Both the position numbers and the translations under genes were made by a program. The notes beneath the pieces were generated by a model. It searched no databases. It saw nothing but the letters and a program-made list of their open reading frames with translations, and had not been told where the DNA came from. From positions 93,073 to 157,072 of the forward strand of contig VRVR01000019.1 of the NCBI GenBank assembly GCA_009859145.1: a stretch of 64,000 nt of DNA, given 5' to 3'. The stretch is from Andalucia godoyi And28. Taxonomy: Eukaryota; Protista; Jakobida. Shown here one piece after another: positions 10,485-25,400 of this stretch. How positions within the stretch are numbered: position 1 is the first letter of the stretch; every line of letters starts with the position of its first letter.

Positions 10485-13400
10485 TTACAAATATGGAGAA
10501 AAGTTTGCTGCTGTCGTTTCTGTCCGAACATTCGCTCGAATTAACCACAATCTGGCCAGTTGCTCTGTTCGTAAGGAAATAATTTCTCCCGAGGACGTTG
10601 TTACTTTGCTGATCTCGGGTCCATCTGATTCGAGAGACGGAATGTCTGGAACTTGACGATCCTCTAAGCCAATTTTCGATACCTGCAAATCATTTGAGAA
10701 ATTGCAAGGAGCCGTTGGACACGGGGGAAAATGGACTTGCAAGAATGCCGGATCCTCGCCTTTGCCAACCACGAGCAGGTGACCACACGTGTATAGTTGT
10801 CCGTCGTCATTACCTGCTTCGAAAGAGTCACTGGATGTCCGATCAAACTGCGAAACCATCTGCCTGATGCGTTCCACAAGCCAAGGACGATTCACTCCAA
10901 TAAACACATGGCGAAAGGTGTTTTGTGATACCTTATCAAAGACTGCTTCACCACTGTTCGAGTCATTAATCTCGCTTCCAGGCATATTCAACGCAGGTAC
11001 CAGAGCAGACCGACGTTTGTTTGAATCAGGGTCGTTATCTTTGGTAAACATTGACAATACGGTTTCCAACTGGGATAGCTCAAGATCACGCTCCTGTTTT
11101 GCAGAATCTGAGGCTTCCATTTCGTCCTTGCTGGTGCTTTCAATCTCCGGATCATCAAACTCCAGTGAAGGCAGTTTCCAGATTGGAGATAGCTGACCAA
11201 GATATCCAAACAACTTTTTCCAGAGCGTGCATCCTGCACAGGTCGCCATAACCAACAACAAAAACAAAGGATCTCCAAACATGACATAATTCGCTCGGAA
11301 CGTGATTTCTAAACCAAACACAATCAACAACATCGACGAAGCTTGAAGCGTCATCAAGAAAAAGTACTGAGGAGAGAACGCCATTGCATCGACAGGACGT
11401 AATTGTGGCTCCAACTCGTAATCATACTCCAAAGTGGACAACATCCATCGCGATTCTCTCGTGAGGTACATCTCTCGTTTCACCTCCATGTACTCTTGGA
11501 TTTTCCAACCTTTGTAGAGTTCCAGCAAGTGATCCAAGAATGCATCCATCACAGACTGTGAAAAGATGATAACAATACCAAATGCAAGGAAGAAAATGAA
11601 ATCAGAATCTCGAATTCCATAGAAGTTACCAATCATCGTCTCTTTTCTGAAAAGGTACAGAAATCCGATGACAACCGGAGCGAACATCATACTGAGATCG
11701 CCGATCGAGTACACAACCAAACTTTCAATGACAGGGACGATCGGATCCATTTCTACTTCATCCTGGGGATATTCCAATTCCTCTGACCCATCTTTCTGGA
11801 ACCACTTCCGAAGATAGTAGATTACTTTCCGCTTGTAGTCTGGGAGTTTCGCAGTTACGTGTGCAACCAAAGGACCAAGATAGATGCGCATGATAACTTC
11901 CATGACTAGATCGATCAAGTATCCAATCATAAAATCGATGAACGTATCCGCTCCCATTGTGATGACAAATTGCAAAAGAGAGAACACAACCAGATTCGGT
12001 ACAACAAGAACTGCATCTGTCAAAAATCCGAACATGAACCGTTCGTATAAAGGCTGGATGAACTTCAGACCGACGATGACCGCATAAATGTACACAGTGA
12101 ACTGCGGTGAAAAAGAGAATTCCAACATCAGCAAACCAGCAGCGCAATTGATGAGTGCCGCAATCACCACGTGATTTTTTTTTCCACATCGCCGGCATGA
12201 ATCCTTCGTATTCATCGGTCTCCAGATCTTCTGGATCAAAATCCTCTTTCACACGGTCTTCTGGAGCCAAATCGTTGTCGCCAATCAACAGCTGCGACCC
12301 CAGTTTGATGATGTAGAGACCGGCTATCACGAAAACTGTTCCAATACGGCCAGACCTCCAAGCAATCATCTGATCTTCGTCGTCAAGCGTCAACACGTCA
12401 TACTCTCCTGCCTGAGCTTGAAACCATAGCTTGGAGGACGGGAAGATCAACAAGAAATTGCCATCCATCAGGAATACGTAATATACGAAGCCACAGAACG
12501 AAGAGAAAGGCAGCATGTACGCACCGAAGCCTCCAAACAACGGCGGAGAAGCCAATTTGAGATACTCAATCGGATGAAAAGGAGGCGGATTTTTCATTCG
12601 AATAGCCAATCTGTTCGCTGCCCAGAACAAAGAAATTGAAACAATGGATGTGAATGCAACAGCAAGATAAATCACAACATAGATCTGCAAACCGAATCCA
12701 AAATGATTAAGAATGTCAAAGTACTGCAGAAGTTCAAGAGTGACAGTCAACGAATATTCACGTTCTCCTGCCGGCAGCTTTTCGGATCCGTAACTCACCA
12801 ATGCATACAAAATTCGTTTCTGTTTTGGATCCACTTGCATATACGAAAACGTAATACTAACCTTCTTTGGTACCCCACCACCGGTTCCGTCCAGCACGGA
12901 CACAGGTACCAAAAAATCCGAATCTTTCAGAGGAGCAAAGAATGTTTCTCCAGAAGAAAAGTCGGAATAATCAATCGGAAACTGTGTCACGTAGAAAAGA
13001 GTGATACCCTTCAGGCTTTCATAGAACCGAGGATTGGCATCCGTCTTCGTAAGATCCTCCTCAAAGTTGCAGAGAGTTTTGAGAGAACAAACATCTCCAG
13101 TTGCAGTAAGGAATGGATCCCATTCGTTAATCGGCACTGTGACGTCTGGAGGGACGAAAGTGCAATCTGGATTCGAAGCATTTTCAAAAACTCGGAAAGG
13201 GCGGAGATACGATCCAAATCCATAGCAACTGCTAAAGAACGGAATGTACTGAGTGGAGAACAGCTTACCTTGGGAAACCCAAAAGCTCTTGAAGTTCTTA
13301 GTCACAACTTGGGATGGATCCGGAACGATGGGGACACCGGACTGGGTCGGACTAAATGCAACCGTCATTTTCGCTTCATCCTTTGTAGGATTTGGATCTG

Positions 13401-16400
13401 TGTACAATGCATTTGACGGCACAGACAACTGTTGATTTGAGAAAATGACAAAAGAAAATTGCTTGGCAGTACCATATTGTGCTCGAGACGGAGAAGGGGC
13501 ATCCACTGTCATGGTTCCCGCAAACTGCAAGATTTCTTTTCTGTACAGTCCATAAATCAACTCAACTTCCCATCGGACATAAATGTCATCTCTGGGAGAA
13601 AGCTCAAAATCGAAAAGAATAGTCTTGTTGAAAGAAGGATCCACAAACCACGAGTCATCTGTGATCCGATATGGAAAAGAAACGGACTCCAGGACTCTTT
13701 TGGGACGAGAGATGGCGAACAAGTCCGATATCTCATATCCTGCATACAACGACAGGCGGAAATCTTCGTCGTAGACCAAAGGGGGGATTTGAGTCCAGTT
13801 AAAGCTGAAAACATACACTTTTCCTGCCTCAAGGGAAAATATGGATCGGCCCTTTGCTTGGCTGCCAGTGACAAGAATGTCTGTCCCCACATTCGATGCA
13901 GAAAGTACAGAGGAGGAGGAAGCGGTGGAAGTAGAAGCGAAAGCGTCGACTTGGAGAACGTAGCCGTTCACACGGAGATACTCAAGATCTTTGTAACAAT
14001 CCGATTCTGCTGATGATGCAATATTAGATGTGGTTCCTTCTGGACAAGATGTTGTTGGATTAGCTTCGGAAGTTCCTTCCGGGCAATAATACCCAGCCTC
14101 GCATTTGAATTGCTCACGTTGGGAAAATCCAGTTCCCTCCAAACAATAGTAGCCTGCTGGGCATGCATCGTCAAACCTTGACAGTGGTGTGGTTCCCACT
14201 CTGCAAAAGAAACCCGCAGGACATTTCTGATCGTCAAGATCAGCCAAAGTTGTTCCACTCCTGCAATAGTAGCCCTCATAGCATTGCTCTGCTTGGGATG
14301 TGTAGTTTGTCATTGCCTCAACTGCGCAGATATATCCGGCTGGGCATAAAGTACACTGTTCTATTGCCGACAACCCGTAGGAGTTCGAATACGTTCCTTG
14401 AGGACACGGTTGACAATATACTGTGTCATCTGAAGACCGATATGTTCCTGGGGGACATAACTGAGGGAGAACAGTGCCTTCAATTTCGCAAGAAAATCCA
14501 GGAGGACAAGGTTTGCAATTTTGCAAGCCTTCTTCGTTAGAAAAAGTGCCGATGAGACATTTGGATTGTTCAGGTCCACCTCCAATAGCGTAAAAACCGG
14601 CTGTCGCGTTCTTTGGGGCTTCTGAACCTGTAGGACAGAAGGTTCCAGGAGGGCAAAGGTTGTCAATGGAACCAGTTTTGCCAGGGCAGTAAGATCCAGC
14701 CAAGCAAACTTGCGGGGTGGTGAAATCTCCTGGAACCGTTTCATTTGTGCGAACTCCAAAAATGCAGTATACGGCAGAACCGCAAGGCCTAGGAATTCCT
14801 TCGGAGGTATTCAGTGCACGATTCACAACTGCCGTTTCTGTACCATTTGGACAATAGTGACCCGATGGGCACAGAGTCGGGGGCCGAGGAGATCGATATT
14901 GGTCACACACATACCCAGCAGGACACGATATCGGAGCAAGCATCCCATAGAAAGGACAAACGTGTCCTGGTGGACAGTCATCGCAATATGATCGTCCCGT
15001 CCGATTGTTGAAGGTTCCCGGGTCGCACACAAGTGGCACAATGTTTCCTACTCCCCGACAGTACGTTCCTGACGGACACGGAATCATGAACGTAACACTG
15101 CCGCCAACAGGACAGTAGTAGCCTGTAGGGCAGGAGTATGGCATTGGATTTGTGGAGCCGATGTCGCAAACGTATCCGGAAGCGCAAGGTTGTGGAGTCG
15201 AATAGTTTCCTATCTGTGACTCATTAACGGCTACTCCATGACTGCAGTACACTCCAAAGGGACACGGAATTGGAGCATATGCAGACATCGAGAGAGGATT
15301 ATACGTTTCAGTTCCAAAGCCGCAGAAATGTCCAGGTGGACAAAATCTTCCTGGCAAGTAGAGCCCGAAAACATCGCACACCTTTCCTGCCGGGCACGGT
15401 GTTGGAATACCACCACCGAACATAGGGCAGTTCGATCCAAGTGAACATGGATTACAAAACACAGAGGCAGTACTATTTGCAAATGAACCCGGTGTGCAAG
15501 GCAACGCTGTTTCTAGACCGTATTCGGGGCACTCGAACCCTTTAGGGCAGGCTTTTCGTATTCCTGTTGATGGTGAGCAAAACGATCCAGGAGGGCAAAG
15601 ATCGTAAACGAAAACCTTCCTGTCAGTTGAATACTCGACGCCGTTTGGAGAAACCTCGACATATGTAAGCAATCGCTCCGTAGTTGAGTTTTGCCTTGGT
15701 GTGATGCAACGGAGCAGCGAATCAGATATTCTAGAAGCATTGACAACAACCGACCCGAAGCTGCACGACCACGCAGTTCCCGAAGAAAAACCAGTTCCAG
15801 AGACGTTAACCAACGTCCCACCAGAAACCGGGCCGAATGCCGGACTCAAAGCAGTTACATTCCAAGAGTCAATGAAACTGAAGCTGACTGTTGACGCAGG
15901 GAAAAACTGCAGATTTGATGCGACCGACACTGGAACAGTTGTCGGAGATTGAGCTGGTGCAATGCACAGCACTTCACTCTCGGAGTTCCAAATTCCAAAC
16001 GAGGAAAATAGACCAAATGAGCAAAACAACCGAGATGACTTCTTAAAATGCGATCCAAAAACAGTCACAACACATCCACCGCCTCGACTTCCCACAGAAG
16101 GATACACCGAAAGAATCGTCGGAGAAGCAGCAACCTCAATGCTGTGCGTTGAGCGCGAAAAAACTTGTCTATCAGCCGAAATGGAAATGTCTTGTCTGGA
16201 TGACAGATGGTGCAAATCCACGGAAATAGAACAGTCGGTTGCTCGAGAGGAAACCCCGATTCCTTGAAGGACAATTGATCTTGTTTCCGAAGAGAATTTG
16301 CAAAAGATGCTTCCTCGTGGCAGATTTTGTCCTCTCAGTCTTATCTGGCCTATACCTTGCGTGTTGACTGGAGAGACTCGTTGAATGACTGGTTGTTCGT

Positions 16401-19400
16401 AATATGTGACAAAACGACGATCGGACGAATACTCGTCGTCCACACCAATCTCAACGATGTTGGGCCCTAGGTCAAAATGTGGCGCTGTACAGATCAGGGT
16501 TGTGGAAGACTCTTTCTCCGCAGTCACGACGGTTGAATTCCCAATTTTGCAACGAAAACGATTCACCAGCCCAGCTTCTGCAGGAAGATTGGGAGAAACA
16601 AAGGTCAGCTTAACTCCGCCCTTTTCGCTCACAAAAATCGGGTCAACACTTGAAACATTGTAATCGGAGATAAGATGAATGGTTCCAGTTGAGAAAGATC
16701 GGAGTCGACCGTCTGAAATAGTGAGAATTGCTCCCATGCTCTGTTTTGCTCGAGGCATCATGCAGGCTAACTCCGAGTTGTTGAAAATCCGGGTTCTCAC
16801 AAACGTCTTTCCATTGAAAAGACAAAAGAGAGGGATGTCTTCAGAAAACACTCCCAGCAATCGAACTTCTCCGCCACCTCGTGCCATCCGGAACTGCGTT
16901 GACAGCTGCCAGTTTTCTGGAAGATTAACTTGCACCACCCGAAGGTCATGCAGCATCGGTACTTGCTGGCCACGTGAGGAGTATATCATTGGAGACTGTG
17001 AGGCGTTCCACTTAGGAACTTCGATCCTTGAAATACGATCCGACGCATGTGAGAACATCAGATCAGAATCTTTTGATGAAAATTTCTCGATTCCGCGAAG
17101 GCCTGATCCACTTAATGACCACACAGTCGATCGCTGAGGATGAACTGTGAATGCAACGTGGACATCAATTACAGGAAGTGGAACAAAATGGGCCTCCAAA
17201 GTTCCCATAGGCATCAAAGTCTCCATCGAGTGAACCACAAACGATCTGAAGCCCACGCTTCCACCATACAACGAAAACTGCTTAATACCAGCAACTGCAG
17301 TTGTTGACACAACAGATGAGAATGCTGCACCATCCGACAGAAACAGATCACCGAAATCACCGGGGTAGGTCAGAGTGAGCACTCCTCCAGTGCGATACGA
17401 ATCTAGCACAGTCAACGAGATGTTGGCAGGCTGGAGAGCTGAAATGACGGATACAAGTACGTTCCAACTATCATAGAAACGAACCAACAGCGTGGTGTTC
17501 TCTTCGTGTTGCAACGGAACGGTACATGTTGCAACATCCATTGAAGTGCTTCCAACTACAGAAATAATCGAGCGCCTTTGTTGGAACAGACAAACCATAT
17601 CATAACGCTCTGTGCCTTCGACTGCAAGAGATAGCAGCATTCCCGAGGAAACCATACGTTCCTTCACCGTGATGGAAGGGGGGTACCAAATGTGCAGCAA
17701 GTGCGCAGATAGCGACAAATCTCGAACAGTGCTGTAGAGAGAACCTGAAGTACCTGATAAAATTACGAATGACGAAGAAACAAATTTGAATACACAAGAA
17801 CTGTAAACTTCGCCAACATTCACCAGATTCTCACCGTGCAACAACACTCTGCTGGAAACACTATTGACGACAGTATTCGGAAAGACGTTTAGGATCACGG
17901 GTCGTTCTTGATTGTTCACCGGCCACGAATGAATGTCCTCCATGATGCTGAAACCGAAAAGTCTGAGTGTGTGGAAACCGAATGCATGAACATCAGAAAA
18001 CGTGCAAGAGCACTTCAATGTAACAGTTGGAATGCAGGGGACAGCGAATCCGCCCATCTGACACTCCTGAAGTTTGCTCAACAGAGGAGAGACAAAATAG
18101 AACGATACAAAGTATCCTGGAAATGTCAATGCCGGCAACGTTGAGGCAGAAAATGATGTATTCCATATACGAATGGAATTCATGGTTACTGAAACATTCA
18201 TGTGAGCATAACTGATGACGGAGGACACATCGGAAAATGCAGATCCGCACAGAGGAACAACACGCAGAGCACCACCAGATTGGACGAGAGGCATGATCGC
18301 ACTCAAGATGCTTCCTTGAACCTGAGAAGCAGTAAGAACAGACGTTTTCCCAAAAATGCTGCGCAACCCCGCAAGAAGAGATGGATGAACAGGAGGATCA
18401 ATTGCGAATTTCACAGGCGAGCCGGCAGTAATATCCTTATTCGAAATAGTCTGGAGTACGGAAATCTGGACTGTCGAAACTGAACATCTCGTTTCACACG
18501 GAAGACGGCTTGACAAACTGAAAAATTCCAGATTGATGTCCTGCGAGCCATTTGCAAGCACGGAAACAACATGAAGAAAAGAGGATACTGGGTGAGTGTT
18601 AAACACAGACAACGGTCTTGTCTGAACAGAAAAGCTCTGGAGAAGATTTTCTCCAACCAACACAATACGGTTGTTTCGATATGCGATTCCAACTTCCGAA
18701 ATGAGCTTGGAAATTCGTGGCCGGGTCCACACTTGTATTTGCCAGTTTGCTGAGGCAAGTAGACGCCCTTCGGAATTCGTACTGAGCGATAAAGCATGGA
18801 AACCAGCTGGTAGTCTGCTAATTTCACACCCAGAACCACTGACATCTTGCAAAACAGGAAATGCATGATAGCCGTTAACCAAGCAAACTGTGCAAGAGAC
18901 GCACGGAAGTAACACAGGAAGAGAAACCGTCACCGCAGATCTCTCGATGGCATGAAACTGCGCAGAGGAGACGTTAATGGCCGCAAACAGTGAAAACTGA
19001 GAAGTCGTAGAAGAAACCACAGCCCAATTCTCAAGAAGAGAAGCAGTGTAATTTTCAGCCTTGAGTAACGGATACACGACGCTATACCGTGATGTACCAT
19101 CTTTCTTCGCTAATATAGAAATTCGACCAATCTGGACATGAAAAGTTCCATCAAGAGAAAACCGATGATCAACATCAAGCAACATCTTGGCTCCAGGCAT
19201 TGGCAACTCCGGCAAGTTGAATGAAAATTCTTGCGAGTGGACAGATAAAATACTACCGAGACCGGCAATCAGCCTGTCTCCGCTCTCGATCGATGCAAAC
19301 ACATCAAAAGCGCCATCCATGCCTTGCCTAGATAACGGCAAAATCTGAACAGTGCACCGACTAAGCCTTGAAGATACGAACTTCGCCGTAGTCGCGAATG

Positions 19401-22400
19401 ATGTGTTCTTGCCATACACAGTACAAGAGAGAAGATGGCTCTCAGCCACTTCCAATGTTTGCAGAATGATAGACGATTCGTTCTGAACGACGGAAGTTGA
19501 AAATGCAACAACGACTGGACGCTTTGCGAAATGAACATACACTCCGGTTTCCAGGAAATCTTTTGCGTTCTCGGAGATAAACAGCGGAGCATAGCCAGAA
19601 ATCCACACAGGGAGCTCACCGCGAAAATGAGGGACCGCTTCGACTACCGACAGTGGAAAAACTGCAGATCCAATTTGGGCGAAAAGAAAGGGCGTCGTAC
19701 TAGTTGGTGAGTAAACATCAATCAACAGTTCACCACAAAGTTGAAGCGAATTGGAGGTGACTGCAGAAACATTTCCGTTCAGGAGAGGATATTCGGTTGA
19801 AACAGACGGAAGCATAAAAGTAAACGAACGACCTACAGTGACATTGAAACCGAACAACAGAGGATGCGGACAAATAATGCACGACCGGCCACATGGGAGT
19901 GTTCTGACAAATGTTTTAGAGGAGAAAACGCAAAAATCGGATCCTTCAACGTCAGAGGTGGCATGGAAACGTAAATCTTGACCACCTGTTCTGGACAGTG
20001 CGAAATACTCAACATGTAGTCGCGTGACTGCAGAGGACGAAAACATGATATCAGCATCAACAGTCATAACCAGTTCACCGACTGTGATTGCCAATTGCCC
20101 AGCACCAGAGAATGTGGCACCAGATTGTACGGATAGCAACGAAACAACTGACGACGCGGACAGAAATCCAACCTCCGAGCCTCGAAGCAGGATTTTCGTT
20201 GTAGGAGCCTGGGGAAAGAAACCGAGTGTCTTGGCTACTAAAACACGAGGACGGTCTTCTTCCAAACTTTCGAAGAAAACTTCTTCAATTTGCGGTAGCT
20301 CATGAATCACAAAAGGCACATGATCCACGTTGGGGATCGCATCAATTGTAACAGATAAGGAATGGAAACCCGGACCCGTCAATGGCCCAATGCCGCAGGA
20401 ACACTTGGCGTCCGAAAACGTACCGATTTCCGCACGCAGATCTATTCGTACAATAAGGCGAGGGGCGTTCTCCGCAATGTAGTTGAACAACTGGTTGCTC
20501 AAAGAAGCAGTCAAGTTAAAGGTAACATAGTTCCACACATTGGAGCCTGCGGATGAAGCCAACTCAGGTCTCGAAGAAACATTCAGCTCGGGAATAACGA
20601 ACAGTAGCAATGAATTTGACGACAATAGTGACATGGACCAAGATTCAAAAACAGAGATATTGCGATTCTCTGGAAGACCCGGAGAAAGACATTGGAACGT
20701 GTTTGAAAAAACAGATGTCGCGCGAACAACAGTGGTGCCATCAAAGACACAGGATGCCTCACTCGTACGGTCCTCGAGATGCGACACCGAAAAGGATAAT
20801 AACGATCCACCACAAACGCCCAGCACACTTTGGTTCGACGAAATGAAAGATGAAAAAGGATCAAAGCTGAAACGAAAAGGAACGCACGAACAATCGTCGA
20901 ACGAAAAAATGTCAAAACAAGCACAGCCAAACTTGGACAAAGGCAAAACATTGGAAACACCAAAGGAAATAACTAGACGTGAAGAAACAACAAACTCAAA
21001 GGAAGAAAAAGACGTAAATGCATGAATGGCGAAGCTACTATTAAAATCACCGAATAAAGACGGGGTCAAAAGTTCTGAAGAAAACCCAACTGTCGACAGC
21101 TCCAGATTTGAACCTTGAAAAACGAAAAAAGAGGACTGTGATGTCAGTGCAAACACGGAAACAACATTACTCAGACGTGGGGAAATACCGACACACAACG
21201 AATTGGATGGAGCTAGGAACAAAGAAACACCATCTTGATGAAGCAATTCCACCGGCTGGAATCCAAAACTGCTCCTCTTTTGCACCGGAAAAACAACAGT
21301 CTGCGCTCCTCCATCCACACGCAAAGAACCCACCTCTTCGATACCACCAATCCTTGCAATCCACTGGTATTCATCAGCAACGGCGAACGTTCCAGACAGA
21401 ACAACACCTGCCCAGCTACCTCCGCTGGAAGAAATGCGAGAGCGGACTTGCAATGACCCGACATCTGCAGCACCTTGAATCACCGACCCGTTGACAGCGG
21501 AAGAGTAACGCAACACCGATACCCCTGCACTACCTGCGGTCAGCGATGCACACGCGCGCGGCTCAACACAGATGCCAACCGGGACGTGGCGGAAAGAAGT
21601 AAGGCCATCCACAAAAAGCGCAGGTGCAGCACAGCGCAAGCCCCCATGGGAGTCAATGACCGCTTCTACGACAACTCGACTGTCGAACAGGCAGCGCGCC
21701 AGCGCCATGTCCTGAAGAACGTGTTCTCCATCAAGAGCAAAACGCACATCCTGACCACCAGCTTGTTGCTGATCCCAAAGCGAAACATTGAGGACCATGG
21801 GCCGCGGCCGCGGTCGCACAGACAACGTGTCCTTGACCGCAAAATTGCGATCATTTGCAGAGACTACCAGTGCGAATCCCTCTGCAAAACTGGGGGCTTG
21901 CAGCATCGAGAGTGATATGTCCGCGAGCAGCACAGCAGACGACACCGCAGTACAGATACAATGCGACGTGATGTTAGGAGCCGGAATACCAGCGAGACAC
22001 ACCCGGGTGGTCATGTCGGCTCCTGCCACGTCAACTCGGCCCCGCAAGAAATGGCGTCCAGTGACTGTCAACCTCACGGCCTCCAGCACATATCCAATGG
22101 TAGGATACACGTCCGATACCACCGGTTCCCCGACGTATTCAAACTGAATTCCCGTATCTGGTAACGCAAACGTCGACGAAGTTTCGAGATCCCCGACTGC
22201 CAACCGGACAGCAACGTATCCTCCTCCAGCGCGCGTTGCCGGAGTTGTGCACACAGCTGTTGAATGCATACTACTGATCCGCGCGAGAATTACCGTGGAC
22301 TCCTCAAAAACACAAAGAAGCCTCGTGACAGCTGAAAGACCTAGGGTCCCGTCCAGAACACCTCCTAACCTCATGTCGAGGCCGATTGAAGTTCCACCAG

Positions 22401-25400
22401 CTGCAAAACCCCGAACTGCAGGAAGCAACAGATCATCGGTCCCTGTCGAAACAGCTAACTGGCTCGTCTTTGCAGCCGTTATGTTTGGAAGAATCGTCAG
22501 TTGCTGTGTTGCACCACGAATAAACAGATGAGAATCCACAGACGTAAACCCCACACTATAATTGCCAGCTGCCAACGCAGGGAGGACACAAACCATTGAC
22601 GACTGAAAGCGGCTTCGAACAAAGGTCTTGCCAATAGTGCAGTACCGATCATCAAGTCCTCGGACATCTTGGCCTTCCTTGTCCGTGACAACCAAAACAG
22701 GCATACCACCAATGACTGCACCAAAACCAGGAATCAATGTCTGTACATCCATTCTCCCCGAAACTGAGAATGCAAGCGACGAAGGAACGGACAAAAATGA
22801 CTTCTCCCCATCCACAGAAGTTTTCAGGGGCACAAGCTGCCCGTCGTACGTAGCAATAGTGTTCGATGAATTCAGGCCACCCAGAAGCAATACGGACGAC
22901 ACAAACACGTGGTCCGCACACTGCTCGTCCAGAAGCAGACATATGTCCTCTGCTCGCTCGCCTGATGCATGGCGTCCGCGGACCCAGAATGTGTACTCTG
23001 ACGAAGATATAATCGTTTTTGGATAGACATCTTCAACAGCAAATCCAGGCCGGACTTCGAACATTCCATCCACGAACAACAAATTATCTCGGACACTTGA
23101 TATGGCCACGGAAATCACGCAGAATCCTGAGGGAAAGCCATCAACGGCAACGGATACAGAGTCTCGAGCCACGGACAGCACGCCCACAAACATCTCGCCT
23201 CGCAGATACACACCGACATCGAGATGAAGAGACAGTGGGAGTGCAGACGTTAACGAAATCGTGAGCTGCGGTCCAGAAAGTGAGGACACAAGTTCAGAGC
23301 CACTGGCATTCACCGAACTGTACAGTGGAATCGAGAACACGGCTGTTTGCGTACTAGAAAAGAAGGAGACAATCTGGATGGAAATGGAGCTTCCAGAAGC
23401 CGATGTCAGCAACGGTTTCTTACATCCGATCAACCCATTCATTTCGCTTGGAAAATCTGGCTCCACAAACGTCTTTCCATTACCAAACACACAAAGAAGA
23501 CCCGCACTTTGCTCCACCGCGGACTGGCTGGCTACGTAGACCACTCCTGGTTGTTCGGATACCGGTGCATCATGGGAAAGTTCTGCATCCAACGCGGCGC
23601 TTGACTGGATGCCAATATGCCCAATTGTTCGCGCAAACATATGCAAACTGACGTTTCGGAAACCTAGAACCTGAAGCGAATAGGAAGAATGAGGATTCAG
23701 ACTCACATCAACTATCAATAGTTCAGAGGATACGCAGTAAGCAACGCAACTTCCATCAGCCACAATGCATTCTACGTTCTTCAAAAAACCGCTTCCTTTG
23801 ACCAGGAGAACAGACTCGCCGCCAGGTTGTGATACGGAGGTGCCAACAACAGACGCAAAAACAGGGCTCGCAACTATTTCCAAAGAATTAGACGTTGTCA
23901 TATGGACAGCGGAGTCACCAAGCACGACGGAAACAGGAGTGAATCCTGTGTGCAAAGAGGGCGGTACAGTAGCAACGAGGATGTCCGAAACAAAAGTTGA
24001 TGCACTGACTTCAAAGGACGAAACCAGCAGAGTGACCGGCTTTGTTAGCAACGACGCAGACAAAACGGGGGCGAATGACACATTAAATAGCCCCGTGTTC
24101 CAATCTGACGCTTGCATTGACGTCACTACATTTGACATCATTGTCTGCTGGCTAATTGTCGCATTACGAGACATTATCCAAGATGCCAATATAGGAGCGC
24201 CTGACAAAGGGGTTCGAACCCCAGGGACACAGCCATAAACAGAAACAGAAGAAGATTCAGAGAGTGACGGCAGAGTTGGAGACACACATCGCGCACGAAC
24301 ACCGTCAACAACTGTTGCACGCACAAAAACACCGTTTGACGAACTGGTAATGAACAAGCATCCCAAATTATCTGTTGTCAATGACGTTCCTCGCAGATCC
24401 ACAAGCGCACCTCCGCGTTCTGGAACCATCTGGACCGAGGATGAAAAGAAGGAGGGAGCATCGGCGATTCGGAGCTTTAGCGCATCATACGTTGCGTACA
24501 CATCAGTGTACGGCCCTGCAAATCGCAGCTGTAATTCTGCAATGGAAGATGTCGAAGGAACAGAAGAAGCGTCACACAGCAGCAGTCGAGACGAGATCCG
24601 CGTGACATCAGAAACCGACATCCCACCATTGAAATTGAATGAAAACACGCATTGGACGGCATCAACGACATGCTCAGTAATCAATACAATTCCCGATGTT
24701 CCTGGAACCGCAATTTGGGCCAGAATGGTTTTCAGCAATGAGGAGGCTCGAACTGAGAAAGACACAGGGTCGAGAGGCCTGACCAAGCTGTTATTGAAAG
24801 AACCACGAATCATTCCACCTTCGAAACCAACGTCAAGAGAAAAGAATCCCACGGAGGGAATCGCGGGAATGACGTCGTATGCCACAGACGTCGATCGCTT
24901 GTCCATTGCAATGCCATACGGACCTACATACATGTACATCACCTTGTTGCCGGTCATAGTGGGATTCGAAACCGAAAAGGTCACAGAAGCACCAGCATGT
25001 AAACACGATACGCGTCTATCAATTGACATTGACAGTGCGGTGTTCTGTACGCCAGTCAACAGTGCATGCTTCTCCCTGAATACCTCGACGGAACCAACAG
25101 CCATTTGATTCCGCAGATCGTAGCTAATGAAGACCTGCAAGGATGAAAGAGGCTTCAGCATGGGAGATACGGCAGCCATTCGGGCAGCGCCGTTCCAATT
25201 CAGGCGAATCACAGTGCGCAATAAGAAAGCCCAGACATGTTCAGCATCTCCTGCATATGGAGTGTCAATTTCGATTTGGAATCCACCAAGAGAAGATAAC
25301 AGTGTAGAAGCGAGACCGCCTGCCTCCTTCAAGTCTACAATCTTAATCTGCGCAAATTTTCTGCGAAAAGAAGTCCTAATAGTCATATACCGGTCCGTGT

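Noticed and set aside
8953-10493. Shared 14-mer AATTATTTACAAAT near 8952 and 10480 (TGTAAATA on the minus strand, PUF-element-like)
   Set aside because: Similarity does not extend, the motif is AT-rich, and it is not consistently found at other 3' ends.
11758-12172. Last ~139 codons of the 6921-aa ORF as the genuine C-terminus
   Set aside because: The composition becomes Cys/His/Arg-rich and atypical right after the A9 run, while the overlapping frame continues a coherent TM series.
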